A DNA stretch of 64,000 nucleotides from positions 113,801 through 177,800 of the forward strand of contig JBFWJS010000007.1 in the NCBI GenBank assembly GCA_050253075.1, given 5' to 3'. The notes under the pieces are model-generated. The model was not told where the DNA came from. It saw nothing but the letters and a program-made list of their open reading frames with translations, and did no database searches. The position numbers were made by a program, and so were the translations under genes. Positions 28,856 to 38,694 of this stretch are shown here, one piece after another; the stretch's first letter is position 1, and each line of letters opens with the position of its first letter. Origin of the DNA: Deferribacterales bacterium (GTDB lineage: Bacteria > Chrysiogenota > Deferribacteres > Deferribacterales > Geovibrionaceae).

Positions 28856-30364
28856 ATGAAAAAAATAAAGGAAATATTTGTCATGTCAGGATTTATGCAT
28901 AAAGTTCTAAAATCCGGGTTAGGTATTTTCACCAGCAGGGTGTTCGGATTGCTCCGTGACGTGGTCATAGCGGGTGTCTTCGGAGCCAGCGGACTGACGG
29001 ATGCTTTCTTTGTCGCATTTGCTATACCCAACCTTTTCAGAGCATTTTTCGCAGAGGGGGCACTCTCTTCTGCCTTTGTACCTTTCCTCAGCGACAATAT
29101 GACAAACAAGAGCAAGCGTGCGGCGGATAATTACCTCACCAGTCTTATAATGGCAGTTTCGGGGATGATAATTGTCATACTGCTCATCACTGCTTTATTT
29201 CCGACACAGCTCGTAACTCTTTTTATGCCCGGGTATGCAGGCGATGCAGAGCTGATAACAAAAGCCGCCGATATGGTCATTATACTGATGCCGTATCTCC
29301 TTTTTGTCACCATATGTGCGCTCCTTTCGGGGTACCTTAATCTGCACGGGAGTTATTACGTACCAAATTCATCAACGGCTATATTGAACATCGCCATGAT
29401 AACAGGTGCATGGATAGCTTATAAAAACGGACTCGATATCATATACCTCTGCTTCGGTGTTTTCTTCGGCGGAGTGTTTCAGCTTATATATGTACAGCTT
29501 TATGCATTTTATAAAGGGTATAGACCAAACCTTGCAGACGGATACAGCAGAGACGTCAGGAAAACATTCATGCTCGTCATACCGTCTCTGGCAGGGGTGG
29601 GGATAAATCAGCTTAATTTCCTCGTGGGAAGGGTGCTTGCGTCATTCCTCGCCGTGGGCAGTATCTCATATCTTTATTATGCGAACAGGCTTTTTCAGTT
29701 TCCTCTCGGCATGTTTGCCGTTGCCGTGGGTACAGTGACCCTTACGGAGATAAGCAGGGCAAACTCCGAAGGGAATATATCATCCAGAAACAGACTGATA
29801 GATAAGGCGGTCAATGCCATACTTATAATAATGCTCCCCGCCACGACAGGGCTCATAGTGCTTGCGCACCCGATAATAGAGCTTGTGTATGCTAGGATGA
29901 GCTTCACCTCTGGCGACGTATACGCAACAGCCATTGCGCTTCAGATGTATACTGCGGGGCTTATGTTTTACTCTCTGCTGAACGTTTTCAGCCGTGTATT
30001 TCATTCGGAGAAGGATATGAAGACGCCTGTAAAGGGTGCTATGATCGGACTCATTGCCAATGTGGTTTTCAACCTTATCCTTATAAAACCGATGGGACAC
30101 GCAGGTATAGCACTCGCTTCGGGGATAGCTGCGGCTATGAACTGCACATATCTATACCTGAAGCTGAGAGACTACAAATACGCCGTGGCAAAGAATACGG
30201 GGCTTATAATGAAACTTCTGCTCGCATGTGTTCTCATGGGCGGGGCAACATACGGAATACACTTTGCGGGGCTCCATATAATCCCTGTGATAGTGATAGG
30301 TGGAGCGGTTTATTTCCTTTCGCTTAAATTTACCGGTGTGAATATAAGGAGTGTTCTTCGATGA
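28856..30364 (+). CDS. murJ: Lipid II flippase (start may be a later in-frame ATG)
   Basis: SRVFGLLRD, DAFFVAFAIPNLFRAFFAEGA, YANRLFQFPLG. Confidence 0.95.
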   Translation: MKKIKEIFVMSGFMHKVLKSGLGIFTSRVFGLLRDVVIAGVFGASGLTDAFFVAFAIPNLFRAFFAEGALSSAFVPFLSDNMTNKSKRAADNYLTSLIMAVSGMIIVILLITALFPTQLVTLFMPGYAGDAELITKAADMVIILMPYLLFVTICALLSGYLNLHGSYYVPNSSTAILNIAMITGAWIAYKNGLDIIYLCFGVFFGGVFQLIYVQLYAFYKGYRPNLADGYSRDVRKTFMLVIPSLAGVGINQLNFLVGRVLASFLAVGSISYLYYANRLFQFPLGMFAVAVGTVTLTEISRANSEGNISSRNRLIDKAVNAILIIMLPATTGLIVLAHPIIELVYARMSFTSGDVYATAIALQMYTAGLMFYSLLNVFSRVFHSEKDMKTPVKGAMIGLIANVVFNLILIKPMGHAGIALASGIAAAMNCTYLYLKLRDYKYAVAKNTGLIMKLLLACVLMGGATYGIHFAGLHIIPVIVIGGAVYFLSLKFTGVNIRSVLR

Positions 30365-30804
30365 AAGCTGTATTGCAGCGTGTAAACAGTGCCTATGTGG
30401 ATATAGACGGTAAAAGAGTCGCCGATATAGGCAAGGGTCTTCTGGTACTCTTCGGAGTGGAAAAGGGCGATGAGAAAGAAACCTGTAAAGACGTAGCTTA
30501 TAAATCCATGAACCTGCGCATTTTCGAAGACGAGAACGGAAAGATGGGCAAATCTGTCAAAGACATAGACGGCGATGTGATCGTTGTCAGCCAGTTCACC
30601 CTTGCAGGCAACTGTAAGAAAGGGCTCAGACCCGATTTCACCACTGCCATGCAGCCAGATACTGCAAATGATTATTACGAATATTATGTCGAATGCTGTA
30701 AGGCGGAGATAGGCTCTGATAAGGTGCAGACGGGTATTTTTGCAGCCGATATGAAAGTAGGGCTTGAAAATGACGGCCCCGTAACAATAATAATAGAAAA
30801 GTAG
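30361..30804 (+). CDS. dtd: D-aminoacyl-tRNA deacylase
   Basis: MKAVLQRV, LRIFED, VSQFTL, NDGPVT. Confidence 0.97.
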   Translation: MKAVLQRVNSAYVDIDGKRVADIGKGLLVLFGVEKGDEKETCKDVAYKSMNLRIFEDENGKMGKSVKDIDGDVIVVSQFTLAGNCKKGLRPDFTTAMQPDTANDYYEYYVECCKAEIGSDKVQTGIFAADMKVGLENDGPVTIIIEK

Positions 30805-30819
30805 ACGGAGTTAGAATAT

Positions 30820-31437
30820 ATGAAATTAGATTCAATAGTTGTCGGCCCGCTGGGCGTCAATTGCTATATAGTTTCCGAAAACGGTAAGGCGGTTATAGTC
30901 GACCCGGGCGGACACGGTGACAACATCATAAAATTCCTTGAAAAAGAAGGGCTGGAGCCTGTTGCAGTTGTGAACACCCACGGGCATTTTGACCACATAG
31001 GTGCCGTGGCTCAGATTGTTTCCAAATACGATATCCCTTTCATGCTGCATAAGAAAGACGAGTTCCTCTGTTCCCACGGGGCAGAGACATCTGCGATGTT
31101 CGGCTTTGGACAGACAGAGAACCCTGTAGTGACAGGATATATCGAAGACGGACAGACTGTCAGCCTCGGCGGTATAGACATTACAGTCATCCACACCCCC
31201 GGGCATACCCCAGGCGGAGTGTCTCTATACATCAAAGAACTTGCGTCTGTGCTGACGGGCGATACGCTCTTTCTTGAGTCTGTTGGCCGTTCGGACTTCC
31301 CGTATGCAGATACGGCTCAGCTCATGAACAGTATAAGGACAGGGCTCTTCACTCTGGACGAGGATACAAAGGTTTATCCCGGGCACGGGCCTTCTAGCAG
31401 TATAGGACACGAAAAGAGCTATAATCCATTTCTTTAA
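30820..31437 (+). CDS. MBL-fold metallo-hydrolase (glyoxalase II-like)
   Basis: THGHFDH, HTPGHTPG, GDTLF, GRSD, PGHG. Confidence 0.92.
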   Translation: MKLDSIVVGPLGVNCYIVSENGKAVIVDPGGHGDNIIKFLEKEGLEPVAVVNTHGHFDHIGAVAQIVSKYDIPFMLHKKDEFLCSHGAETSAMFGFGQTENPVVTGYIEDGQTVSLGGIDITVIHTPGHTPGGVSLYIKELASVLTGDTLFLESVGRSDFPYADTAQLMNSIRTGLFTLDEDTKVYPGHGPSSSIGHEKSYNPFL

Positions 31438-31506
31438 TCACAGCAGTGGATTAAAGATGAATTTGGCATATTGACTTATGCCTCTTTTCCTACTAGTATA
31501 TTTCAA

Positions 31507-32094
31507 ATGAACAAAATCCTCGTGGATACCTCAGGTAAAGGTCTTTCTGCTACATTGTGCGACGGTGACGGCAATATTCTTGCATCCGTTTGTATAAGGC
31601 TGGAAAACCGCATGAGTGAGAAGATAATGTCTGTTATGGACTTCATATTCAAAACAGCAGATATCAGACCGCAGGATATAGATAAATATTATATTGTTAC
31701 CGGACCCGGGTCATTCACCGGCATCAGGATAGGTGTCGGCAGTCTGCTCGGGTTTTGTTTGTCGAGCGGTAAAAAACTCGAGGGTATAAGCTCGCTTGAT
31801 GCTGCGGCCATCGTATCCGGCATGGATAGGGTGAAGACAGCCGTGAAGCTGAGAGGGCGTTTATACGGCTATAGAGAGTATGATTTCACGGCAGGGGCTT
31901 ACTCAGATTATCTCACAGATAAATTTGACGATGTTTCAGATTTTCACGTCATTAATTCGGGCGTGGAATGGTCCGACCTGTCCAAAGCCGTGCTTTCAGA
32001 TAAATTCGACAGATTTATAACAGATTATTCGCCGAAATATATGCGTGCGAGTGAGGCGGAAATAAACTTTGATAAGAGATGCAAAGCCTGCTGA
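31507..32094 (+). CDS. tsaB: tRNA threonylcarbamoyladenosine biosynthesis protein
   Basis: LVDTS, GPGSFTGIRIG, SSLD; next to rimI; start moved to ATG 31507. Confidence 0.9.
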   Translation: MNKILVDTSGKGLSATLCDGDGNILASVCIRLENRMSEKIMSVMDFIFKTADIRPQDIDKYYIVTGPGSFTGIRIGVGSLLGFCLSSGKKLEGISSLDAAAIVSGMDRVKTAVKLRGRLYGYREYDFTAGAYSDYLTDKFDDVSDFHVINSGVEWSDLSKAVLSDKFDRFITDYSPKYMRASEAEINFDKRCKAC

Positions 32095-32494
32095 TATAGC
32101 CGCTGTGGTAGAGATCGAGGCTGAGTGTTTCGGCAGACCATGGTCGGAATCATCGTTTATGTCCGAGCTGGATAAAGACAATTGCGACTTTCTAGTCTAT
32201 GAAATAGACGGACAGGTAGCGGGGTATATAATTTTCTGGTATATTCTAGATGAGGCTGAGATAGGCAATGTTGCAGTCTCCGGCAGTCATAGAAGAAAAG
32301 GTATAGCCTGCAATCTTTTAGATGAATGTATTTCGAAGCACCCCGAAGTTGGGAATATCTATTTGGAAGTAGATAAAACTAACACGGGGGCTATTTGTCT
32401 ATACAGTAAATACGGGTTTCAAAACTCGGGCTATATAAAAGACTATTATGGTAAAGGAAAGGATGCTCTCAGAATGACTCTGACCATCCGCTAA
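32069..32494 (+). CDS. rimI: Ribosomal protein S18 alanine N-acetyltransferase
   Basis: PWS, NVAV..RRKG, LEV..N..AI.LY, DYY...DA.RM. Confidence 0.9.
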   Translation: MIRDAKPADIAAVVEIEAECFGRPWSESSFMSELDKDNCDFLVYEIDGQVAGYIIFWYILDEAEIGNVAVSGSHRRKGIACNLLDECISKHPEVGNIYLEVDKTNTGAICLYSKYGFQNSGYIKDYYGKGKDALRMTLTIR

Positions 32495-32515
32495 CTATTT
32501 TGAGGGGTATAAGCA

Positions 32516-32746
32516 ATGCTTAAGGTTGAAAATGAAGTAGTCGAGAAAATGATTGAGCAGAACACAGATTTCAAAGAGCTGTTTGAAGCACACGTAAACT
32601 TTGAACAGGATCTGGAAGCACTCTACAGCCTTAAATATTTTCCGCCGGAAGTGGAAGCAAAAATTAAAGAGATAAAGGTTATGAAACTGAGAGGAAAGGA
32701 CAGGATGGAACTGCTCCTCTCTCAGTATAAAGCACAAAACTCATAA
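32516..32746 (+). CDS. DUF465 (YdcH-like) small coiled-coil protein
   Basis: F.ELFEAH...IK..KL..KD pattern; GAGG upstream. Confidence 0.7.
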   Translation: MLKVENEVVEKMIEQNTDFKELFEAHVNFEQDLEALYSLKYFPPEVEAKIKEIKVMKLRGKDRMELLLSQYKAQNS

Positions 32747-32762
32747 AGTAGGTGAATATACA

Positions 32763-33902
32763 ATGAATAGCAAAAATTACCTGTTCACATCAGAGTCCGT
32801 GAGTGAAGGGCATCCTGATAAGATAGCAGACCAGATATCTGATGCAGTGCTTGACGCAATGCTGAAGGACGATCCGCTCAGCAGAGTGGCTTGTGAGACA
32901 ATGGTAACGACAGGTCTTGTAGTTGTAGCGGGTGAAGTAACAACTAATACATACGTAGAAATACCGGAAATAGTACGTAACACAGTACGCGAGATAGGTT
33001 ATTCCGATTCATCCCACGGTTTCGACTGTGACACATGCGGCGTTATGGTGACACTTGATAAGCAGTCTCCTGATATCGCTATGGGCGTGGATGTCGGCGG
33101 TGCAGGCGATCAGGGGCTTATGTTCGGATTCGCATGTTCTGAAACAGAGGAGCTTATGCCTCTGCCTATCACACTTTCACATAAACTGACACGTAAGATG
33201 GCCGAGCTCCGCAAAAGCGGCGAGCTTCCTTACCTCCGCCCAGACTGTAAGTCTCAGGTGACAGTGGAATACGACGGCTTTAAGCCTGTACGTGTGGACA
33301 CTGTCGTGATCAGCTCACAGCACGCAGAGGAAGTCGGTCTCGACCAGCTTAAGCAGGACGTTATCAACAAGGTCGTAAAGGAAGTTATACCTACTGACCT
33401 TATTACAGAAGACATAAAATATCATATCAACCCTACAGGCAGATTCGTTATCGGCGGTCCTATGGGCGACTGTGGTCTTACAGGGCGTAAGATCATCGTG
33501 GATACATACGGCGGTATGGGACGTCACGGCGGCGGCGCATTCAGCGGTAAAGACCCGTCGAAGGTTGACCGTTCCGCAGCTTATGCAGCCAGATGGGTAG
33601 CTAAAAACATCGTGGCAGCAGGTCTCGCTCAGAGGTGCGAGCTTCAGGTTGCTTACGCTATCGGCGTTGTAGACCCTGTCAGCGTTATGGTAAACACATT
33701 CGGCACTGCGACAGTGGACGAGGCTAAGATAGAAAAGGCAGTGAGAGAAGTATTTGACCTCACACCGAAAGGCATCATGGATGCCCTCGACCTCCGCAGA
33801 CCAATTTATAAAGCAACTGCTGCTTACGGACACTTCGGACGCAGCGAGTTCCCTTGGGAACAGATCAATAAGGTATCAGACCTTAAGTCAGCAATCGGCT
33901 GA
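32763..33902 (+). CDS. metK: S-adenosylmethionine synthetase
   Basis: [44 protein letters not shown]. Confidence 0.98.
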   Translation: MNSKNYLFTSESVSEGHPDKIADQISDAVLDAMLKDDPLSRVACETMVTTGLVVVAGEVTTNTYVEIPEIVRNTVREIGYSDSSHGFDCDTCGVMVTLDKQSPDIAMGVDVGGAGDQGLMFGFACSETEELMPLPITLSHKLTRKMAELRKSGELPYLRPDCKSQVTVEYDGFKPVRVDTVVISSQHAEEVGLDQLKQDVINKVVKEVIPTDLITEDIKYHINPTGRFVIGGPMGDCGLTGRKIIVDTYGGMGRHGGGAFSGKDPSKVDRSAAYAARWVAKNIVAAGLAQRCELQVAYAIGVVDPVSVMVNTFGTATVDEAKIEKAVREVFDLTPKGIMDALDLRRPIYKATAAYGHFGRSEFPWEQINKVSDLKSAIG

Positions 33903-33921
33903 TATAAAAATAAACAATTAG

Positions 33922-33954
33922 AAGCACCCATAGTGTGAGCTGTGGGTGCTTTTT
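33922..33954 (+). terminator. Terminator-like hairpin between metK and ahcY
   Basis: AAGCACCCATAG-tgtgag-CTGTGGGTGCTT followed by TTT. Confidence 0.65.
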
Positions 33955-33975
33955 GTACTTTTGGGGAGTAGATCA

Positions 33976-35385
33976 ATGACAGCAAAAGACTATAAAGTAG
34001 CAGACATAAGCCTTGCGGACTTCGGACGCAAAGAGATATCAATAGCAGAGCACGAGATGCCCGGTCTTATGGCGACCAGAGCGAAATACGCTAAGGAACA
34101 GCCTCTGAAAGGCGTGCGCATTATGGGCTCACTTCACATGACAATCCAGACTGCAGTTCTGATAGAGACACTTGTCGCACTCGGTGCCGATGTCAGATGG
34201 TGCAGCTGTAATATATTCTCCACACAGGACCACGCAGCGGCAGCTATCGCAGCTTCAGGCGTGCCTGTATTCGCTTGGAAGGGCGAAACACTTGAAGAAT
34301 ACTGGTGGTGTACAGAGCAGGCTCTCGCATTCCCTGGCGGAAAGGGACCTCAGCTCATCGTAGACGACGGCGGTGATGCCACTATGATGATACACACAGG
34401 TGTGGCAGCAGAGAAAGATCCTTCTATCCTTAACAAAAAGCCCGGCAGCACGGAAGAGGGCGTTTTCCTCGCTCAGCTTAAAGCAATACTGGCAGCAACA
34501 CCTACAAGATGGACAGAGACCATAAAAGAGCTGAAAGGTGTTTCCGAAGAGACCACAACAGGCGTTCACAGGCTTTATCATATGATGGAGAAAGGCGAGC
34601 TCCTTATCCCTGCTATAAACGTTAACGACTCTGTCACAAAGTCTAAATTCGACAACCTTTACGGATGCCGTGAGTCCCTCGTGGACGGTATCAAGCGTGC
34701 AACAGACGTTATGATAGCGGGTAAAGTCGCATGTGTGTGCGGTTACGGCGACGTGGGTAAAGGATGCGCAGAATCCCTCAGAGGACTCGGCGCCATCGTT
34801 AAAGTCACAGAGATAGACCCTATATGTGCTCTTCAGGCTGCGATGGCAGGATACAGCGTTGTAACAGTGGAAGATACTCTGGGCGAAGCGGACATTTATG
34901 TCACCACAACAGGTAACAAAGACATCATCCGCATCGAACACATGGAAAAAATGAAAGATCAGGCTATCGTTTGTAATATCGGTCACTTCGACAACGAGAT
35001 CGAAGTGGAGAAGCTGAACGCTTTCCCTAACATCGTTAAGACAAACATCAAGCCTCAGGTAGATAAATACACATTCCCTGACGGTCACGAGATATTCATG
35101 CTCGCAGAAGGCCGCCTTGTAAACCTCGGCTGTGCCACAGGCCACCCTTCGTTTGTAATGAGTAACTCATTCACAAACCAGACCCTCGCACAGATAGACC
35201 TCTGGAAGAACAAAGATGTCTATAAACCGGGCGTATACGTACTGAGCAAAAAGCTCGACGAAGAAGTTGCGAGACTGCACCTTCAGAAGATCGGCGCAAA
35301 GCTCACAACACTCAGAAATGACCAGGCAGACTACATCGGTGTACCTGTCGAAGGTCCTTACAAACCCGATCATTATAGGTATTAA
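33976..35385 (+). CDS. ahcY: S-adenosylhomocysteine hydrolase
   Basis: [60 protein letters not shown] before ATG 33976. Confidence 0.98.
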   Translation: MTAKDYKVADISLADFGRKEISIAEHEMPGLMATRAKYAKEQPLKGVRIMGSLHMTIQTAVLIETLVALGADVRWCSCNIFSTQDHAAAAIAASGVPVFAWKGETLEEYWWCTEQALAFPGGKGPQLIVDDGGDATMMIHTGVAAEKDPSILNKKPGSTEEGVFLAQLKAILAATPTRWTETIKELKGVSEETTTGVHRLYHMMEKGELLIPAINVNDSVTKSKFDNLYGCRESLVDGIKRATDVMIAGKVACVCGYGDVGKGCAESLRGLGAIVKVTEIDPICALQAAMAGYSVVTVEDTLGEADIYVTTTGNKDIIRIEHMEKMKDQAIVCNIGHFDNEIEVEKLNAFPNIVKTNIKPQVDKYTFPDGHEIFMLAEGRLVNLGCATGHPSFVMSNSFTNQTLAQIDLWKNKDVYKPGVYVLSKKLDEEVARLHLQKIGAKLTTLRNDQADYIGVPVEGPYKPDHYRY

Positions 35386-35396
35386 GTAAGTCTGCA

Positions 35397-36755
35397 ATGA
35401 AGTACGACGTTTTAGTTATAGGCGCAGGTCCTGCAGGTATAGAAGCGGCTAAAAAGCTGACTGAAGGCGGAAAGAAGGTTTTGCTCGTCGATAAAAACAT
35501 CGGCGGAAACTACTGCACTGGCGGAAGTGTTATATCAAATACACTCCTCCACGTGAGCCACCTTTACGAACGCTTTGTAAATAAAACCTCAAACTTTGTA
35601 AATACTGACTGCGACCATCCGGTCCGCTTTGACTTTAAAAAAGCGAGAAAGCATGTCGAAGGCGTATCCGGCAAAGTTATAAAAGGATTTATAGAAGACC
35701 TTACATCCTGCGGTGTGGAGATACTCGCCGGTTTTGCCGAATTCACAGGCAAGAACAGCGTGAGTGTCAAAACCGAGGGCGGTGTTCAGGAGATTGAGTT
35801 TGAAAAGGCTGTCATAGCCACAGGCTCTAACAACATGAGCACTAATGTGCCGTCCACTAAGAAACTCCTTGATACTACTAATATATTTGACCTTGAAGAG
35901 ACACCGAAGAGTGTCATCGTGGTCGGAGGCGGATTCATCGGTACTGAGTATGCCACATTCTTTAAAAGGATAGGCTGTACAGTAACTCTGGTTGAAAAGA
36001 GCGACCGTATCCTCAGCTCCATCGACCCGCAGGTAGTAAAAGAATTCGAAGATCAATTCAAAAAGAGCGGTGTGGAGATACTGAAAGGTGTGTCCGTTGA
36101 CCGTATCGAAAAAGTCGGTAACAAGACCATCATCTTCCTCAACAACGATGAAAAGATCGAAGGGGAAGAGGTGTTTGTCTCTATCGGACGTGCTCCGAAC
36201 ATCACCAAACTTCAGCCTGCGAAGGCGGATATAAAGTTTGATGAAAGGGGCTATCCGGTACTGACAAAGAAACTGCGCACATCAAACAAAGATATATACA
36301 TGGTAGGCGATGCCACAGGGATGAACATGTTCGTGAACTGGGCATACATGTCTGCCGATATCGCATCAGGCGACATCCTCGAAAAGAAGAGAAACATATC
36401 ACCGGACCTCTGCCCGCGTATACTGAAGCTCGACCCTGAGATCGCCTCCGTCGGACTTTCCGAAGAGGCTGCCAAAGAGGCAGGGCTTGATTTTAAAGTT
36501 GTGAGACACAGCTTTAAAAACTTTGAGAGGTCTGTCGTTCAAGGGACCGTAAAAGGCTTTATAAAGCTCCTTTACGAGCCTGAGAGCAAGAAGATAATAG
36601 GTTGTCATGCTGTGGGAAGCGGTGCTTCTGACCTTGTTTCCACATTCTCTATGATGATACAGGCAAAGATGCCTCTTACAAAGATAGAGGAGTTCGTATT
36701 CAATCATCCGACCTTCTCAAACATCCTCTGCGACATAGCAGGAAAGATAAAATGA
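35397..36755 (+). CDS. Dihydrolipoamide-dehydrogenase-like flavoprotein with a degenerate redox-disulfide motif
   Basis: GAGPAG, ATGS, GGGFIG.E, GR.PN, GD and C-terminal HPT are present, but GGNYCTGGSVISN replaces GGxCxxxGCxPSK. Confidence 0.8.
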   Translation: MKYDVLVIGAGPAGIEAAKKLTEGGKKVLLVDKNIGGNYCTGGSVISNTLLHVSHLYERFVNKTSNFVNTDCDHPVRFDFKKARKHVEGVSGKVIKGFIEDLTSCGVEILAGFAEFTGKNSVSVKTEGGVQEIEFEKAVIATGSNNMSTNVPSTKKLLDTTNIFDLEETPKSVIVVGGGFIGTEYATFFKRIGCTVTLVEKSDRILSSIDPQVVKEFEDQFKKSGVEILKGVSVDRIEKVGNKTIIFLNNDEKIEGEEVFVSIGRAPNITKLQPAKADIKFDERGYPVLTKKLRTSNKDIYMVGDATGMNMFVNWAYMSADIASGDILEKKRNISPDLCPRILKLDPEIASVGLSEEAAKEAGLDFKVVRHSFKNFERSVVQGTVKGFIKLLYEPESKKIIGCHAVGSGASDLVSTFSMMIQAKMPLTKIEEFVFNHPTFSNILCDIAGKIK

Positions 36756-37477
36756 TAATTTTCTACGCTTTATACAGTGTGTTTGTGTGGTTTGTAGTGA
36801 TATTCCTCACGGTGTTCCTTGTGACACTGGGGCTGTTCCCGCTGATGGTGGGTAAAAACGCATACCTGACCCTTGCCCGCATCTGGGCAAAGGGGATAAT
36901 GCTCTCATGCTGTGCCTCTACAAAGATAGAAGGCATGGAGAAGCTCGACCCTGATAAAAACTATGTCTTTATGGGGAACCATCAGAGCTATGCCGATATA
37001 TTTTTCCTCTTATCTATTATGGATAAAAGATTCCTCTTCATGGCGAAAGAGGAGCTTTTCAAAATACCTGTGTTCGGATTTGCCATTAAGTCCATCGGGC
37101 TTATCCCTATCAACAGAGGCGAGAGCCGTGATGCTCTGAAAAGCCTCTTTGAAGCGGCGAGGAAGATTCAGGAGGGGTACTCCGTACTCCTTTTCCCTGA
37201 GGGGACACGCTCCGCAGACGGCGAGATGCTCCCTTTTAAAAGAGGCGCATTCACCCTTGCCGTGCGTACGGGGCATAATATTGCTCCTTTCATGCTGGAG
37301 GGGACTATGGATGTTCTGCCTAAGGGGAGCTTCATATTCAAGCCGTTCCGCAAGATACGCATAAGATTCTTAGACACTGTCAGCCCCGAAGGGCTTAAGG
37401 ACAGAGAACTTCTCGACATGATCAGGGAGAGAATGGAGCATGAGCAGAAAGAACTCCGTGATTCTAGGGCTGGGTAG
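36752..37477 (+). CDS. plsC: 1-acyl-sn-glycerol-3-phosphate acyltransferase
   Basis: NHQSYAD, AKEELF, INR, FPEGTRS, FKRGAF. Confidence 0.9.
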   Translation: MIIFYALYSVFVWFVVIFLTVFLVTLGLFPLMVGKNAYLTLARIWAKGIMLSCCASTKIEGMEKLDPDKNYVFMGNHQSYADIFFLLSIMDKRFLFMAKEELFKIPVFGFAIKSIGLIPINRGESRDALKSLFEAARKIQEGYSVLLFPEGTRSADGEMLPFKRGAFTLAVRTGHNIAPFMLEGTMDVLPKGSFIFKPFRKIRIRFLDTVSPEGLKDRELLDMIRERMEHEQKELRDSRAG

Positions 37478-37943
37478 CAACCTCGGCAGTAAATCACGAA
37501 ATATCTGTGATGCGGTAAGGCTCATCGGCGGTTTCTGCGATATTATCAGTGTTTCACCGGTTTATAAGACAGAATCGCTTCTGAAAGATGATCAGGACTC
37601 ATATTTTAACGCATGCCTGACGGCAGAGACCAATCTGCCCCCGCAGGAACTCCTGCACTGCATCAAAACTGTCGAAAAGAGGCTGGGGCGAACCGTTACG
37701 GGCAGATGGTATACCCGTGTGATGGACATAGATATCATAGACTATAACGGCGAGCCGTTCGAAAGCGGCGACCTCATTATTCCGCATCCTCAGATGGAGA
37801 ACAGGAGCTTTGTTCTTTACCCGCTAATGGACATATGTCCGCAGTATACACATCCTGTAAGTTGCCGAAGTGTCTCAGATATGGTAAAAATACTTAAAGA
37901 CGACCTCGGTATTATCAAACTCGGAGAATTGGTATGGCGGTGA
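37440..37943 (+). CDS. folK: 6-hydroxymethyl-7,8-dihydropterin pyrophosphokinase
   Basis: LGLGSNLG, RVMDIDII, LIIPHP, RSFVLYPL. Confidence 0.95.
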   Translation: MSRKNSVILGLGSNLGSKSRNICDAVRLIGGFCDIISVSPVYKTESLLKDDQDSYFNACLTAETNLPPQELLHCIKTVEKRLGRTVTGRWYTRVMDIDIIDYNGEPFESGDLIIPHPQMENRSFVLYPLMDICPQYTHPVSCRSVSDMVKILKDDLGIIKLGELVWR

Positions 37944-38632
37944 TAACGATATCCAGACAGTACGGCTGCGGAGGCGAATATGTCGCCGAAAGAGCTGCCG
38001 AACTGCTTAAATTCAGGCTTTTCAATAAAGAACTGGTAAGATTTGCGGCGATACTCACGGGCTCAGACGAAGAGAAAGTGAAGATGTTCGACGAGGAACA
38101 GCACTCAAACATGCGTTCCTTCATGTCTAAATACTTCGACATGAACATGTTCACCGACCTTTTCAAAAACACTGACTACAGCCCGAGGACTATGCGCCAG
38201 ATGATGTCTCAGGAGCATGAGGCATTCTTCGACGTTTACAGCAGAGAAGACAACATCACCGATGCAAACTCATTCCACGAGATGCTCCGCAGGATAATAA
38301 ACAAGGCAGCAGACGAGATGAACGCCGTGATCCTCGGCAGGGGCGGTGTATGCATACTGGAAGACCACGAACAGGTGCTCCACTTCAGGCTCGTCGCCAC
38401 TATGGAAGACCGCATAAAGTGGGTTACCATGCGTGAGGAGCTCACAGAAAAAGAGGCCGAGGAAAAGATCAAAGATACCGACAACAGAAAGCGTAAATAT
38501 TTCAAACATTACTTCGGCAGAAGCATAGATGACCACTGGATGTATCACGGGATATTAAACCTGTCAAAACTCGATCTGCAGGAGGCCACCGAGGCAATTG
38601 TCGAGATAGCTAAAATTAAATTTGAATTATAG
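37934..38632 (+). CDS. Cytidylate kinase-like family protein
   Basis: ITISRQYGCGG, VILGRG, D..RK.YF..YF pattern. Confidence 0.85.
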   Translation: MAVITISRQYGCGGEYVAERAAELLKFRLFNKELVRFAAILTGSDEEKVKMFDEEQHSNMRSFMSKYFDMNMFTDLFKNTDYSPRTMRQMMSQEHEAFFDVYSREDNITDANSFHEMLRRIINKAADEMNAVILGRGGVCILEDHEQVLHFRLVATMEDRIKWVTMREELTEKEAEEKIKDTDNRKRKYFKHYFGRSIDDHWMYHGILNLSKLDLQEATEAIVEIAKIKFEL

Positions 38633-38694
38633 CTATTGGCTGTTGACTACAGTGCCGAAATAGCATATTACTTGAGTTTTGGAGGACAATCTCA

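Noticed and set aside
32495..32762. SAM riboswitch before metK
   Set aside because: The upstream space is taken by a coding gene, leaving only a 16-nt gap.
35397..36755. Pseudogene call for the lpd-like gene
   Set aside because: The ORF is full length and uninterrupted with intact cofactor motifs, so it is kept as a divergent CDS.
38633..38694. T-box or attenuator before hisS-aspS
   Set aside because: The spacer is about 60 nt and holds only promoter-like hexamers and an SD.
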